Of a DNA stretch of 64,000 bases, positions 27,177-36,298 are shown piece after piece. Within the stretch, counting starts at the first letter, position 1, and each line of letters begins with the position of its first letter. A program made the translations under genes and the position numbers. The notes beneath the pieces are model-generated. The model did not search any database and was not told where the DNA came from. It saw only the letters and a list, made by a program, of their open reading frames with translations. Source of the DNA: Myxococcota bacterium (GTDB lineage Bacteria; Myxococcota_A; Polyangia; Polyangiales; Houyiibacteriaceae). Location of the stretch: NCBI GenBank assembly GCA_039030515.1, contig JBCCEA010000018.1:1684-65683 (forward strand), in the 5' to 3' direction.

Positions 27177-28571
27177 CTAATTGAGATCGACCTTCTCGAC
27201 GTTTTCGGCATGGCGATTGCGCGTCAGTTTGCCGGCATGCCTTTCGATACCGGCAAATGCCTGATGCTCCTTGCCTGCTCGAGCCGTGTCTCCGAGAAGC
27301 TCGTAGAGCGTAGGACAAGCAAATGCCAAGTGACTCGTTTGTTTTACGGCTTGATTTAGAGATTTCTCGAACTTCCTCAGGTTCACGTTCGGAGAAAGAA
27401 CCAGTTTACCAAACTCTAAACCTTCAGCTCCGAGTAGGCCGCGCGCATCGTTTACTGGTTGCGACATGTCGGTCTGTTCTGAGTCCTGATACTCGTCGAT
27501 AATTCTCTCTCGATGCACAAAGAAGAGCGCTTGGTCTTCAAGCTTGGATTGGAACTCGGCAAAAGCCCCGGGCTCTCCCTCAAGTGCGATAAAACGCAGG
27601 CGATGCTCATCACCATGATGAAGTGGTGTGATAAGCGGAAAGCAGGGGATAGGTCCCGCTTCGTCCTTGAGTACCGTCACCGGTGATGAGTCCCAGAGCA
27701 CCACATCGCCATAGTCCACTTGTGTTTCCCGAAAAGACGCGGACTGAACCACGCCGTGACAGGGCGAAAGAGGCGCGACCCACAGAATCTCAAACGCCGT
27801 GTGCCTGTCGGCGATTTGCCCATGACCTACTCCAGGTCCTCTTGCAGGGACTCTTATCTGCGCAGGAGGCATTTCTGCAACGAAAGGAAGTCGTTCCTGA
27901 CCGGCAAGCTCAACGGGAATTTCTAGCTCTCGAAATGCGTCGTATGCCAGTTGCCCATCTCCTGCGCCGATAGCGCTTACCGCGAGATTGAAGAGTACTG
28001 GTCGAGTCGGACCCAGCTGCGCTCGCGCTTTCTGGCAACAATCAACTGCTTCCTGAAATCGACCGCGCCACTTGTGCAGTATTCCGAAATCGAGCCACCA
28101 AGACCCTTGTTCCGGGTAGAGCGTGAGCGCCTCGGCGTACGACTGAACGGCCTCTTCATACCTACCTGGCCCCAACCGGCGAAGTCCATTCGCGCGATTG
28201 ATGAGCAGATAGCCTCTGGTGGACGGTTCAAGCTTGGGTTGAAGCAGGGCCTTTTCGGCGATCTCCACCGCGCGATCGGCAGGACTCCCGTCCGTGAGCG
28301 GCTGATCCGGGGGAATCAGTTCTACGAGTGAGAGCAGTGCTGCGCACGCCCCGGTGGCGATATCGGGGAGATCTGGAAATGCCTGAAGGATCTCCTCAAC
28401 ATCCTCCTCCGTAGTTGCTGCCGTCGGCGCGGCCACCAAAAGCTCCAGCCAGGCCAGGGCGTACTCAGGTTGCTGCACGACGTTCGCGCGCTCTTTCGCA
28501 AGTGCATCCCAGGCGGTGGAGAGATCCCCTCGTTGAAGCGCTTGTCTACATCGCGCTAGAGCGTCTGACAT
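27177..28571 (-). CDS. TPR-like N-terminal domain protein with an uncharacterised C-terminal domain
   Basis: I chose the internal ATG at 28571 (MSDALARCRQALQRGDLSTAWDALA). The 47 aa upstream extension to 28712 is R/W-rich. Helical repeats are followed by a domain of about 220 aa that I cannot assign. Confidence 0.55.
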   Translation of the reverse strand: MSDALARCRQALQRGDLSTAWDALAKERANVVQQPEYALAWLELLVAAPTAATTEEDVEEILQAFPDLPDIATGACAALLSLVELIPPDQPLTDGSPADRAVEIAEKALLQPKLEPSTRGYLLINRANGLRRLGPGRYEEAVQSYAEALTLYPEQGSWWLDFGILHKWRGRFQEAVDCCQKARAQLGPTRPVLFNLAVSAIGAGDGQLAYDAFRELEIPVELAGQERLPFVAEMPPAQIRVPARGPGVGHGQIADRHTAFEILWVAPLSPCHGVVQSASFRETQVDYGDVVLWDSSPVTVLKDEAGPIPCFPLITPLHHGDEHRLRFIALEGEPGAFAEFQSKLEDQALFFVHRERIIDEYQDSEQTDMSQPVNDARGLLGAEGLEFGKLVLSPNVNLRKFEKSLNQAVKQTSHLAFACPTLYELLGDTARAGKEHQAFAGIERHAGKLTRNRHAENVEKVDLN

Positions 28572-28768
28572 GGGGAGTTTTACGTCTCCGATCCATGCTG
28601 CGCCAGAAAATTTACGGGCACCTAACCCACGCGATTCGACCACCTGCAGTGCAGCGTCAGTAGCGCGTCGAACATTCTGACGACAGGAACTCCATCGATA
28701 ACGACTCTGCATCGTGGCAGGTACGCTCTTTTGCGCTTGAGTCTCAGCGAACTCTTGGCATTTTGAGT

Positions 28769-28782
28769 AGTTACAGGTAACT
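28769..28782. promoter_or_regulatory. Inverted repeat AGTTAC-AG-GTAACT immediately upstream of the PP2C start
   Basis: The 6 bp arms are perfect. The repeat ends 9 bp before the GTG at 28791. Confidence 0.25.
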
Positions 28783-28790
28783 CTTATACA

Positions 28791-29564
28791 GTGCTACGCA
28801 CATCGGCCGGAGTCACCGACGTCGGGAGGCGTCGAGAAGTCAACGAAGACGCATTCTTTTTGGATGATTCGTTGGGACTCTACATCGTCGCAGACGGGAT
28901 GGGTGGTCATGCGAGTGGTGAAATCGCTAGCGCTGAAGCAGTAGACGCTGTTCGCGGTATGGTGTGGCAAGGGGTCGGTGCGCTGCATCGAGTGGAGCAG
29001 GGAGACCGTTCCGAAGAGGCGCTGCAAACAGCCGCCCGCCTTCTGGAGAGCGCAGTACAAGCGGCGACCTATATGGTGTTCGGGCTCGCACAGCACGATC
29101 CAAAGCAGCAAGGCATGGGGACCACCCTGAGCTCGCTGGCATTGTGCGGCGATATTGGGATTACCGCCCAGGTTGGCGACAGCCGAATCTACGTCGTGCG
29201 CAATGGAGTGGCTGCTCCGCTCACCGAAGACCACACCCTAGTCGCGTGGCAATTGAAGCAGGGCATCATCACGGAGGAAGAGGCGGCCGTCTCGCCTCAT
29301 AAAAACGTGATCACTCGAGCCGTTGGCAGTCGCGAGTATGTACAGGTCGATACCAATATCTTCGAGGCCCACTCGGGAGACGTCTTTCTTCTTTGCTCTG
29401 ACGGACTGCATGGGTACGTCGAAGATCACGAGATCGGTCCGATCGTCGATTTAGGGCCCCGATTGGCGGTGAAACGATTTGTCGAGTTGGCGAACGATCG
29501 AGGGGGCCGGGACAATATCACGGCGGTTGCCGTCGAAGTGCGCTCCTCTCCCAGCAGGTTCTAA
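28791..29564 (+). CDS. PP2C-family Ser/Thr protein phosphatase
   Basis: TDVGRRREVNEDAF, ADGMGGH, LCSDGL and GGRDNITAV are present. The start is a GTG. Confidence 0.9.
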   Translation: MLRTSAGVTDVGRRREVNEDAFFLDDSLGLYIVADGMGGHASGEIASAEAVDAVRGMVWQGVGALHRVEQGDRSEEALQTAARLLESAVQAATYMVFGLAQHDPKQQGMGTTLSSLALCGDIGITAQVGDSRIYVVRNGVAAPLTEDHTLVAWQLKQGIITEEEAAVSPHKNVITRAVGSREYVQVDTNIFEAHSGDVFLLCSDGLHGYVEDHEIGPIVDLGPRLAVKRFVELANDRGGRDNITAVAVEVRSSPSRF

Positions 29565-29654
29565 CTCGGTCTCACGCTGGATGCCGCGCTGGTCAAGCAG
29601 CGCATGTCACTTTCGAACAAGTACGGCACTTGCCGTAGGAACAAAGCACCAATT

Positions 29655-29694
29655 GCAAAACGCCGAGGAAGTGTGCACCTCCCCGGCGTTTTGC
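29655..29694. terminator. Hairpin between the convergent PP2C and rpsA genes (candidate bidirectional terminator)
   Basis: GCAAAACGCCG pairs with CGGCGTTTTGC as an 11 bp perfect stem around an 18 nt loop. The U/A runs lie inside the stem flanks. Confidence 0.45.
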
Positions 29695-29746
29695 ATGTGT
29701 GAATCTGTATGTTCGATGTTCGACTAAATCACCGTGATCCTACAGA

Positions 29747-31609
29747 TCATTCATCTACTGCGGATTCGGCCTCTGCCGATGTATTCGCGCTACTATCTTC
29801 TGGCCGCTCGTCATCGGAAAAAGCTCCAAGCTTATCCTTGAGCAAGTCACCGAGCGTAGCCCCTGCGCGACCGCTCGGGCCGACCCGAACTGCAGTCGTT
29901 CGCCCGGTCTCAGAAAAGCGCATGCTCTCATCTTTGATTTCTAGGTCACCCAGGTCGCGCAAGGAGAGCGTGATCTTGCGGTCGGAAGTGTCCACCATCA
30001 CGATCTGAGCCTTGACGATCTTGCCTGGCTGTATGTGATTCGACATGTCGTCGGCTGCGCCTTGGCCCACGGCGTTTCGGGGAACATACCCTTCTACGCC
30101 GCGTTCAAGTTCTGCGTAGGCACCCTGGTCGCTGAGCGAAAGTACGCGCACCTCAAGCACGCTGCCTTCGGGATAACGCTCGGGAATGTAGCTCCAAGGA
30201 TCTTCGTAGAGCTGCTTGATACCCAAGCTCACCTTCTTCTCTTCGTGGTTGATCGAAAGAATGATCGCTTCAACCTCGTCGCCTTTTCGATAGAGATCTG
30301 CGGGGTTGTTGACGCGCTGGGTCCAGCTGATGTCCGACTTGTGCACCATCCCGTCGACGCCGTCCTCGATACCCACGAAGACTCCGTAATCCGTGATCGA
30401 GCGGACCCTACCGCGAATTACATCGCCCGGATTGTATTGCTGGGTGAATACCGTCCAGGGATCTGGTTCAAGCTGTTTCAGGCCGAGGCTGATGCGCTTG
30501 TTCTGAGAGTCGATGTCTAGGACGACGCACTCCACATCTTGACCCACTTCGAGAAGCTTCGAAGGATGCTTCGGCTTGGTCCAGGTCATTTCGGACACGT
30601 GAATGAGACCCTCGACACCCTGCTCCAGCTCGACGAACGCGCCGTAATCGGTAAGGGAAACTACGGATCCGGTGACGCGCTTGTTGGACGGGTAGTTGGC
30701 CGATGCGGAATTCCAAGGATCTTCGACCGTCTGCTTCAGTCCAAGCGAGACACGCTCGGTGTCGGGATTGTATTTGAGCACCTTGCAGGTGACTTCATCA
30801 CTGACATGGAACATCTCTGAAGGGTGGTTGACTCTGCCCCAGCTCATGTCGGTGATGTGCAGCAGACCGTCGATTCCGCCGAGGTCTACGAACGCGCCAT
30901 ACTCGGTGATGTTCTTGATCGTGCCGGTGACAACTTGCCCCTCTTCCAAACTCTGAAGGGTTTCCTTCTTGAGTTTGTCTCGCTCTCGCTCCAGCAGCAC
31001 GCGCCGCGAAAGAACGATGTTGCCTCGCTTTTTGTTGAACTTGATGACCTTAAACTCAAAGGTTTGACTGATGAGTTTGTCTAGGTTTCGTACGGGACGG
31101 AGATCGACTTGGGATCCAGGCAGGAAGGCCTTGACTCCTCCGCGGATGGTGACCGACAAACCACCCTTAACCCGGGCGGTGATCGTTCCCTCGATGAGCT
31201 CATCACGCTCGCAAGCGGCGCTGATCTCGTCCCATACTTTCAGCTTATCCGCTTTTTCCTTAGAAAGCATGACCAGCCCGGCATCGTTTTCTTTGGATTC
31301 CACGAGGACGTCTACGTGGTCTCCGGCACGAACATCGATGGCCCCCGTGTGGTTGGTGAACTCCTCGAGAGGAATTACGCCTTCCGATTTGTAGCCGATG
31401 TCCACGACGACCGAGTCGCGACCGACTTTGATCACCGTTCCGGAGACGATATCGCCTTCCCGAAGGGAATCGGCTCGGCCTGCGGTTTGTTCGAAAAGCG
31501 AAGCGAAAGATTCGCTCATGGATGATGCTTCCGCGTTCTCCGTCGATGTTTCGATCGGCTCGGAGGGTGCGACGGGTTGGCTTAGTGGAGTTGAAGTTGT
31601 TTCGTTCAT
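29747..31609 (-). CDS. rpsA: 30S ribosomal protein S1
   Basis: 620 aa with six S1 repeats (G.V.G.V..i...G.fVdlg...GllH.Se pattern) and an extended acidic N-terminus and C-terminus. Confidence 0.95.
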   Translation of the reverse strand: MNETTSTPLSQPVAPSEPIETSTENAEASSMSESFASLFEQTAGRADSLREGDIVSGTVIKVGRDSVVVDIGYKSEGVIPLEEFTNHTGAIDVRAGDHVDVLVESKENDAGLVMLSKEKADKLKVWDEISAACERDELIEGTITARVKGGLSVTIRGGVKAFLPGSQVDLRPVRNLDKLISQTFEFKVIKFNKKRGNIVLSRRVLLERERDKLKKETLQSLEEGQVVTGTIKNITEYGAFVDLGGIDGLLHITDMSWGRVNHPSEMFHVSDEVTCKVLKYNPDTERVSLGLKQTVEDPWNSASANYPSNKRVTGSVVSLTDYGAFVELEQGVEGLIHVSEMTWTKPKHPSKLLEVGQDVECVVLDIDSQNKRISLGLKQLEPDPWTVFTQQYNPGDVIRGRVRSITDYGVFVGIEDGVDGMVHKSDISWTQRVNNPADLYRKGDEVEAIILSINHEEKKVSLGIKQLYEDPWSYIPERYPEGSVLEVRVLSLSDQGAYAELERGVEGYVPRNAVGQGAADDMSNHIQPGKIVKAQIVMVDTSDRKITLSLRDLGDLEIKDESMRFSETGRTTAVRVGPSGRAGATLGDLLKDKLGAFSDDERPEDSSANTSAEAESAVDE

Positions 31610-31816
31610 ACTGCTGCTGGTCTCGTAACCAGGAAAAAGATTATAATTTCGGGCTCACGCACCGACGCGCATTCCCGTTCCGTCACCGTTGAACCAGTTC
31701 TTCGGGGCTGGGGGGCGTAGTGTTAGCAGCAGGGCTATTCACTGTCAAATGGGACGACGATGGTTCCGAGCAGCTCCTCTTGAGACTCTGCGTCGCGAAC
31801 TTCAAGGAAATCAGCG

Positions 31817-32506
31817 CTACCTGAGCGGCCATCCTTGGGTGGATTCTACAAGCTTCACCACGCGATCGACGACTGAGTCTAAAGGGCTATCGGTTGTGTC
31901 GATCACCAAAGCATCCTTTGCTGGTTTTAAGGGGGCTAGCGGTCGCTCTGTATCTTGACGGTCTCGATCGGCGAGTTCCGAAAAGGTCCGATCGTAGTCC
32001 ACGTGAATCCCGCGCGATGTGAGGTCGGCGACCCGGCGATGTGCACGCGCCTGAGCGGAAGCGGTGAGGAATATCTTGATTTCTGCGGATGGGAACACCA
32101 CCGTGCCGATGTCGCGACCCTCGAGTACCACGCCTCCTCGTTCACCAAACCCCCTTTGCAAACCTAGGAGTGCTTCGCGAACCTGAGGATGCTTCGAAAC
32201 CTGACTTGCGCGTTTGGACACCTTGGGCAGTCGAATGCTCTCCGATCTGTCCTCCTCATCGATCCACAGTCGCGGCAATCCATCAGGCCCTACCGTGAAT
32301 CTGAGCCGGATCGTTTCTGCGATCCTGCCTAGCGCGAGCGCGTCTTCCCCCCCTACCCCGCGCTCCAACGATACCCATGCCACCCCTCGATAGAGGGCTC
32401 CGGTATCGACCAATAGCAGACCCAACTGGTTTGCCACCATCGCCGCAAGCGTGCTCTTTCCAGCTCCCGCAGGACCGTCGATGGCGATCACCGGTTTTCG
32501 ATTCAT
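31817..32506 (-). CDS. cmk: Cytidylate kinase
   Basis: IAIDGPAGAGKST and LVDTGALYR are present. It shares an ATGA overlap with aroA. Confidence 0.95.
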   Translation of the reverse strand: MNRKPVIAIDGPAGAGKSTLAAMVANQLGLLLVDTGALYRGVAWVSLERGVGGEDALALGRIAETIRLRFTVGPDGLPRLWIDEEDRSESIRLPKVSKRASQVSKHPQVREALLGLQRGFGERGGVVLEGRDIGTVVFPSAEIKIFLTASAQARAHRRVADLTSRGIHVDYDRTFSELADRDRQDTERPLAPLKPAKDALVIDTTDSPLDSVVDRVVKLVESTQGWPLR

Positions 32507-33846
32507 GCGTCTTCTTCCTCGATAGGCGCACCGAGTGACCTCAATAAAGCGGCAAAACCCGGGAAGCTCGTGTCGACACAGCCCACATCGGATATTACGG
32601 ACTCGCCGTCTGCGCGAAGCGCAAGTAAGGTGGCGGCCATCGCGATTCGATGATCTCCGCGGCTGTCCACTTCAGCGGCACGGATGGTTCTACCCCCCTC
32701 GATTTCCATTCCGCTGTCGAATTCGCGACAGGGAACGCCAAAGAGTGAGAGCACCTCGGCCATCGTGGCGATCCGATCGCTTTCTTTGACTCGAAGCTCC
32801 GAGGCGTCACGAACCAAACTCGTTCCTCGAGCGGATGCGGCTACCGCGCAGAAACAAGGAATCTCATCGATCATGCGGACAAGGAGTTCACCGCCGATCG
32901 AGGCTGCCCTGTAGTCGCTCGCCCTCGCCTCGATATCGGCGACGGGCTCATCACCCGCCCACGCTCCTTTGGGGGTCGAATGAAAAGACACGCCCATCGG
33001 ACGAAAGGCATCGAGAACTCCTGTTCGGGTGGGATTGACTCCGACCCCTTCGATGGAGACGCGACTTCCGGGAACACTCGCAGCGGCGCCCACTACAAAT
33101 GCGGCGCTGGAGAGATCTCCGGGGACATGCCACGCAAAGCCTTCCCAACGTCGATTCCAGTCCGCCGGGTCGAGCACGACCATCGATCCGGCTGTCTGCA
33201 GAGGGATGCCGAGTGCGTGCATCATCCGCTCCGTGTGATCCCGAGACACAACCGGTTCACGCAGCGCGGTCATGCCAGAGCTGTAGAGCCCGCTAAGCAG
33301 CAGTGCACTTTTGACCTGAGCGCTGGCCACCGGCATTTCGTACTCGAGAGGCTGAAGTGTTTCGCCTTCGATCAGCGGAGCGATAGAGAGCGGGGCGTAG
33401 TGCTCTTCACGCACTTTGCCGGCTGCCCCACGGATATGTGCACCTCGAGCGCGGAGAGGCGTGACGACTCTGCCCATCGGACGGCGAGTCAGCGACGCGT
33501 CCCCTGCCAGTCGACTGCCGAATTTTTGCCCGCTGAGAAGGCCCGCCAATAGACGCATGCCCGTGCCCGAATTGCTACAATCGATGGTTGCAGGTGCCAT
33601 ACGCAGGCCGTGGATGCCTACGCCGTGGATGCGGGCTGAGGTTTCAGAGATTTTCATCTCCACCCCAAGGGCTTGAAAAGCCTCAGCGGTTGCCAGATTG
33701 TCGGTGCCCCCCGAGAGTCCTGTGATTTCACACGCGCCGTCCGAGAGAGCGGCAAACATCAGAGCGCGATGTCCAATCGACTTATCCCCCGGAACTTGGA
33801 CTCTGCCACGCAGTGGTGGACTCGGATTAATCCGATAGCGTTTCAT
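32503..33846 (-). CDS. aroA: 3-phosphoshikimate 1-carboxyvinyltransferase (EPSP synthase)
   Basis: I chose the internal ATG at 33846 (MKRYRINPSPPLRGRVQVPGDKSIGHRALMFAAL). This removes the overlap with the upstream gene. The later motifs LRVKESDRI and DHRIAMA are present. Confidence 0.93.
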   Translation of the reverse strand: MKRYRINPSPPLRGRVQVPGDKSIGHRALMFAALSDGACEITGLSGGTDNLATAEAFQALGVEMKISETSARIHGVGIHGLRMAPATIDCSNSGTGMRLLAGLLSGQKFGSRLAGDASLTRRPMGRVVTPLRARGAHIRGAAGKVREEHYAPLSIAPLIEGETLQPLEYEMPVASAQVKSALLLSGLYSSGMTALREPVVSRDHTERMMHALGIPLQTAGSMVVLDPADWNRRWEGFAWHVPGDLSSAAFVVGAAASVPGSRVSIEGVGVNPTRTGVLDAFRPMGVSFHSTPKGAWAGDEPVADIEARASDYRAASIGGELLVRMIDEIPCFCAVAASARGTSLVRDASELRVKESDRIATMAEVLSLFGVPCREFDSGMEIEGGRTIRAAEVDSRGDHRIAMAATLLALRADGESVISDVGCVDTSFPGFAALLRSLGAPIEEEDA

Positions 33847-33910
33847 TCGTACCCTAGTAACTCGTTCGAGTCCTCTATGTCCGAGTGCAGGATTGTATCC
33901 GAGTTCGCGC

Positions 33911-35062
33911 TCACGGCTCATGCGACATTGCGGAGAACGCCTCAGACTGGATCGCAACTGTGCTCGAAGGCGTTCGATCGTGCACCCGGACTACGGGTCC
34001 GCTCTCGAGCAGTAGCTCGAATAAGGGTTCAATTCTCTCTAAGAGCATCGCGGTGTCTTCTTCGGAAAGACGGGCGTGAACCTTGACGGTTTCCCCCTCC
34101 CTCAAGACGAACGTTCCGTCGATGATCGGACCAAAGCCCATCGCGCGCGTCATCAGATTGCTCCGCTGACCGTCGATCAGCGCTTGAATCTCCTGGGTGA
34201 GTTGTTCTGCTCGCTCAGCGCTATCCATGCTGACTTCGATAGCGCATCGAATACCGTCTTCTATGTCGAGGTATAGGACGGCGTACGTAACGTATTGCCG
34301 GAGGCTGTCCGACAGGCCCGAGATGTTCGGGATGAGTTCGCTGCGCAGGCTAAGGCTGGGCTCAAACGCGTAGGTGAACAAGTGAGCTTCGGTGTCGGTT
34401 CGCGTCACAAGAGAAGCCGAACCACTTGGGCGATTAAGGGCTGCGTCGAGTAGACCGGACGAGCCAGCGACCCACGTGACTTCATCTGCAGCGAACACAA
34501 ATACGCCGTCTCGCGAGTAGACCGTACGTTGCCCGAGCAGCTCTGTTGTCACAGGTCCAAAGTTCGACTCTAGCAAAGCGAGAAACAGCTTCGGATCGTA
34601 GTTGCCCTGCAAGATGATAAGTGGCGGACCGAGTCCGTCGCCGTCTTCGTTCTGACCCAAAACGATCTTCGATGTTTGCGTCAAGAACAGCCATGCATTG
34701 GCTTTGATTGGGTCAGGCACGTCCCCTGCCTGACCGTAGAGTAAATCGATGACGTCCTGAGCATGAGAGGAATCTAGAAACCGCGCGACGTTGAAGGTGG
34801 CGAGACGTACCGTGTCTGGAGGCAGCAGGTCTATCGGCGAGCGCTCTCGAGATGCATGTTCTTGAGGTGCGTGCTCTCGAGATGCATGTTCTTGAGGTGC
34901 GTGCTCTGGTCTTGAGGCTTCCTGCTCTGGCGGAGTCTGCATATCGTATGGCGGGGTCTGCATATCGGTCGTCGCTCCGCCACATGCGGCTGCGCCCGAG
35001 AGCATCGCTGCCGCAAGACGCGCTACAGAACCGCACATCTTCACAGGGACTACTTTCCGCAT
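33911..35062 (-). CDS. Hypothetical lipoprotein with a repeat-built N-terminal linker
   Basis: The signal/lipobox reads LAAAMLSGAAAC. The linker contains DMQTPPY/DMQTPPE and EHAPQEHASR x2. I recognise no family for the remainder. An alternative start lies at 35038. Confidence 0.6.
   Translation of the reverse strand: MRKVVPVKMCGSVARLAAAMLSGAAACGGATTDMQTPPYDMQTPPEQEASRPEHAPQEHASREHAPQEHASRERSPIDLLPPDTVRLATFNVARFLDSSHAQDVIDLLYGQAGDVPDPIKANAWLFLTQTSKIVLGQNEDGDGLGPPLIILQGNYDPKLFLALLESNFGPVTTELLGQRTVYSRDGVFVFAADEVTWVAGSSGLLDAALNRPSGSASLVTRTDTEAHLFTYAFEPSLSLRSELIPNISGLSDSLRQYVTYAVLYLDIEDGIRCAIEVSMDSAERAEQLTQEIQALIDGQRSNLMTRAMGFGPIIDGTFVLREGETVKVHARLSEEDTAMLLERIEPLFELLLESGPVVRVHDRTPSSTVAIQSEAFSAMSHEP
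34843..34920. repeat. 30 bp tandem repeat, two perfect copies plus a partial third
   Basis: gctctcgagatgcatgttcttgaggtgcgt occupies 34843-34872 and repeats exactly at 34873-34902. A deleted, degenerate copy follows. Confidence 0.9.
34932..34973. repeat. 2 x 21 bp imperfect tandem repeat
   Basis: The two units are ggagtctgcatatcgtatggc and ggggtctgcatatcggtcgtc. Confidence 0.8.
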
Positions 35063-35078
35063 AGCGTGTTCTGCATCC

Positions 35079-36164
35079 CTAAAGAACCTGCGGTAGTGTC
35101 GCCAGTAGCGACTCGTTTTCCCCCGGAAGCCCGACAGAAATTCGGATCCACTCTTCGATGGGAGGAGACATCGGTCGCACGATGATGCCGGAGCGAAGCA
35201 GTCGTTCGTAGACGTCTCGACCGCTGGAACCTACCTGCACCAAAACGAAATTCGTTTGGCTGCGGGCAACACGCAGGCCCATTTGCTCAAGACCGCGAGT
35301 CAGCGCCTCTCGTTGTGCCGCATTCATCGCGAGATAGCGGTTCAAATGATCTGCATCGCGTAGCGAAGCTCGAGCCGCAATCTGACCCAGCATGTTGCAA
35401 CTAAAGGGGGCCCGAACTCGATTGATCAACTCGACAGCATCCGGAGTGCCGATGAGGTAACCCACGCGAAGCGCAGCCAGTCCATGGGCCTTAGAGAATG
35501 TCCGCGTCACGGCAAGTCGTTTGCGAAGGTGTCTCAGGTTGAGCGCGCTGACGAAGTCAGGCGCATCCGCAAACTCTACATAGGCCTCGTCTACAACCAG
35601 CAGCACATGAGGAGGCAGTTCGGTGACCAGTGTGCGTAGTGCCGCCTCGGGCATATGGGTGCCGGTCGGATTGTTCGGGTTGGCGACAAACATCAAGCTC
35701 GTGTCGGGGCGAACCGCCTGAAGCAGATCGTCTACGTTCCAATACAGGTGCTCCCTCAGAGGAACTTCGGTGTAGGGGACGTTGGCGGCGATGCATCCGA
35801 GCCGGTAGCAGACGAAGCTCGGTGTTCCGAATACCGCGTGATGCTCTGAGGAGGCGAAGGTGCGGCACGCGATGTCGAGAAGCTCGTTGCTGCCGTTGCC
35901 TACCGCGACTTCTTCCGGGAGCACTTCGTAGTGTTTGGCCAAGCTATGCCGAAGATCGTATGCGTTTGGATCCGGATAGCGATGGAGGTCGTCACTAGCC
36001 TCGGTCAGGGCAGTGCGTGCTTGCGGAGACATCCCGAAGGGACTCTCGTTGCTTGCAAGCTTGATCGGATGTTCGATGCCGTATTCGCGCTGGAGTTCTG
36101 CAGTCGTCTTGCCGGCAACGTAAGGGACCATACGCTGGATGTGGGGCGGAATCAGATGTTGCAT
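35079..36164 (-). CDS. hisC: Histidinol-phosphate aminotransferase
   Basis: KLASNESPFG, GNGSNELL and the PLP lysine region RTFSKAHGLAALRVGY are present. Confidence 0.9.
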   Translation of the reverse strand: MQHLIPPHIQRMVPYVAGKTTAELQREYGIEHPIKLASNESPFGMSPQARTALTEASDDLHRYPDPNAYDLRHSLAKHYEVLPEEVAVGNGSNELLDIACRTFASSEHHAVFGTPSFVCYRLGCIAANVPYTEVPLREHLYWNVDDLLQAVRPDTSLMFVANPNNPTGTHMPEAALRTLVTELPPHVLLVVDEAYVEFADAPDFVSALNLRHLRKRLAVTRTFSKAHGLAALRVGYLIGTPDAVELINRVRAPFSCNMLGQIAARASLRDADHLNRYLAMNAAQREALTRGLEQMGLRVARSQTNFVLVQVGSSGRDVYERLLRSGIIVRPMSPPIEEWIRISVGLPGENESLLATLPQVL

Positions 36165-36298
36165 GAGGTAGTATGGGCCCGAAACAAGGCCTTAGACTGC
36201 AGAACTAGCTCTGGGCGGAGGCGTTGGCAATAAGACCTGCCTGGGCCCGGTCGAAACGGAGTGCCTGCGCATCCGCCTCTTTACCGCACCGGGCTTCC

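Noticed and set aside
31640-31650. An ATTATAAT element read as the rpsA -10 box.
   Set aside because: No acceptable -35 lies at 16-19 bp, and the resulting leader would be very short. I left it unannotated.
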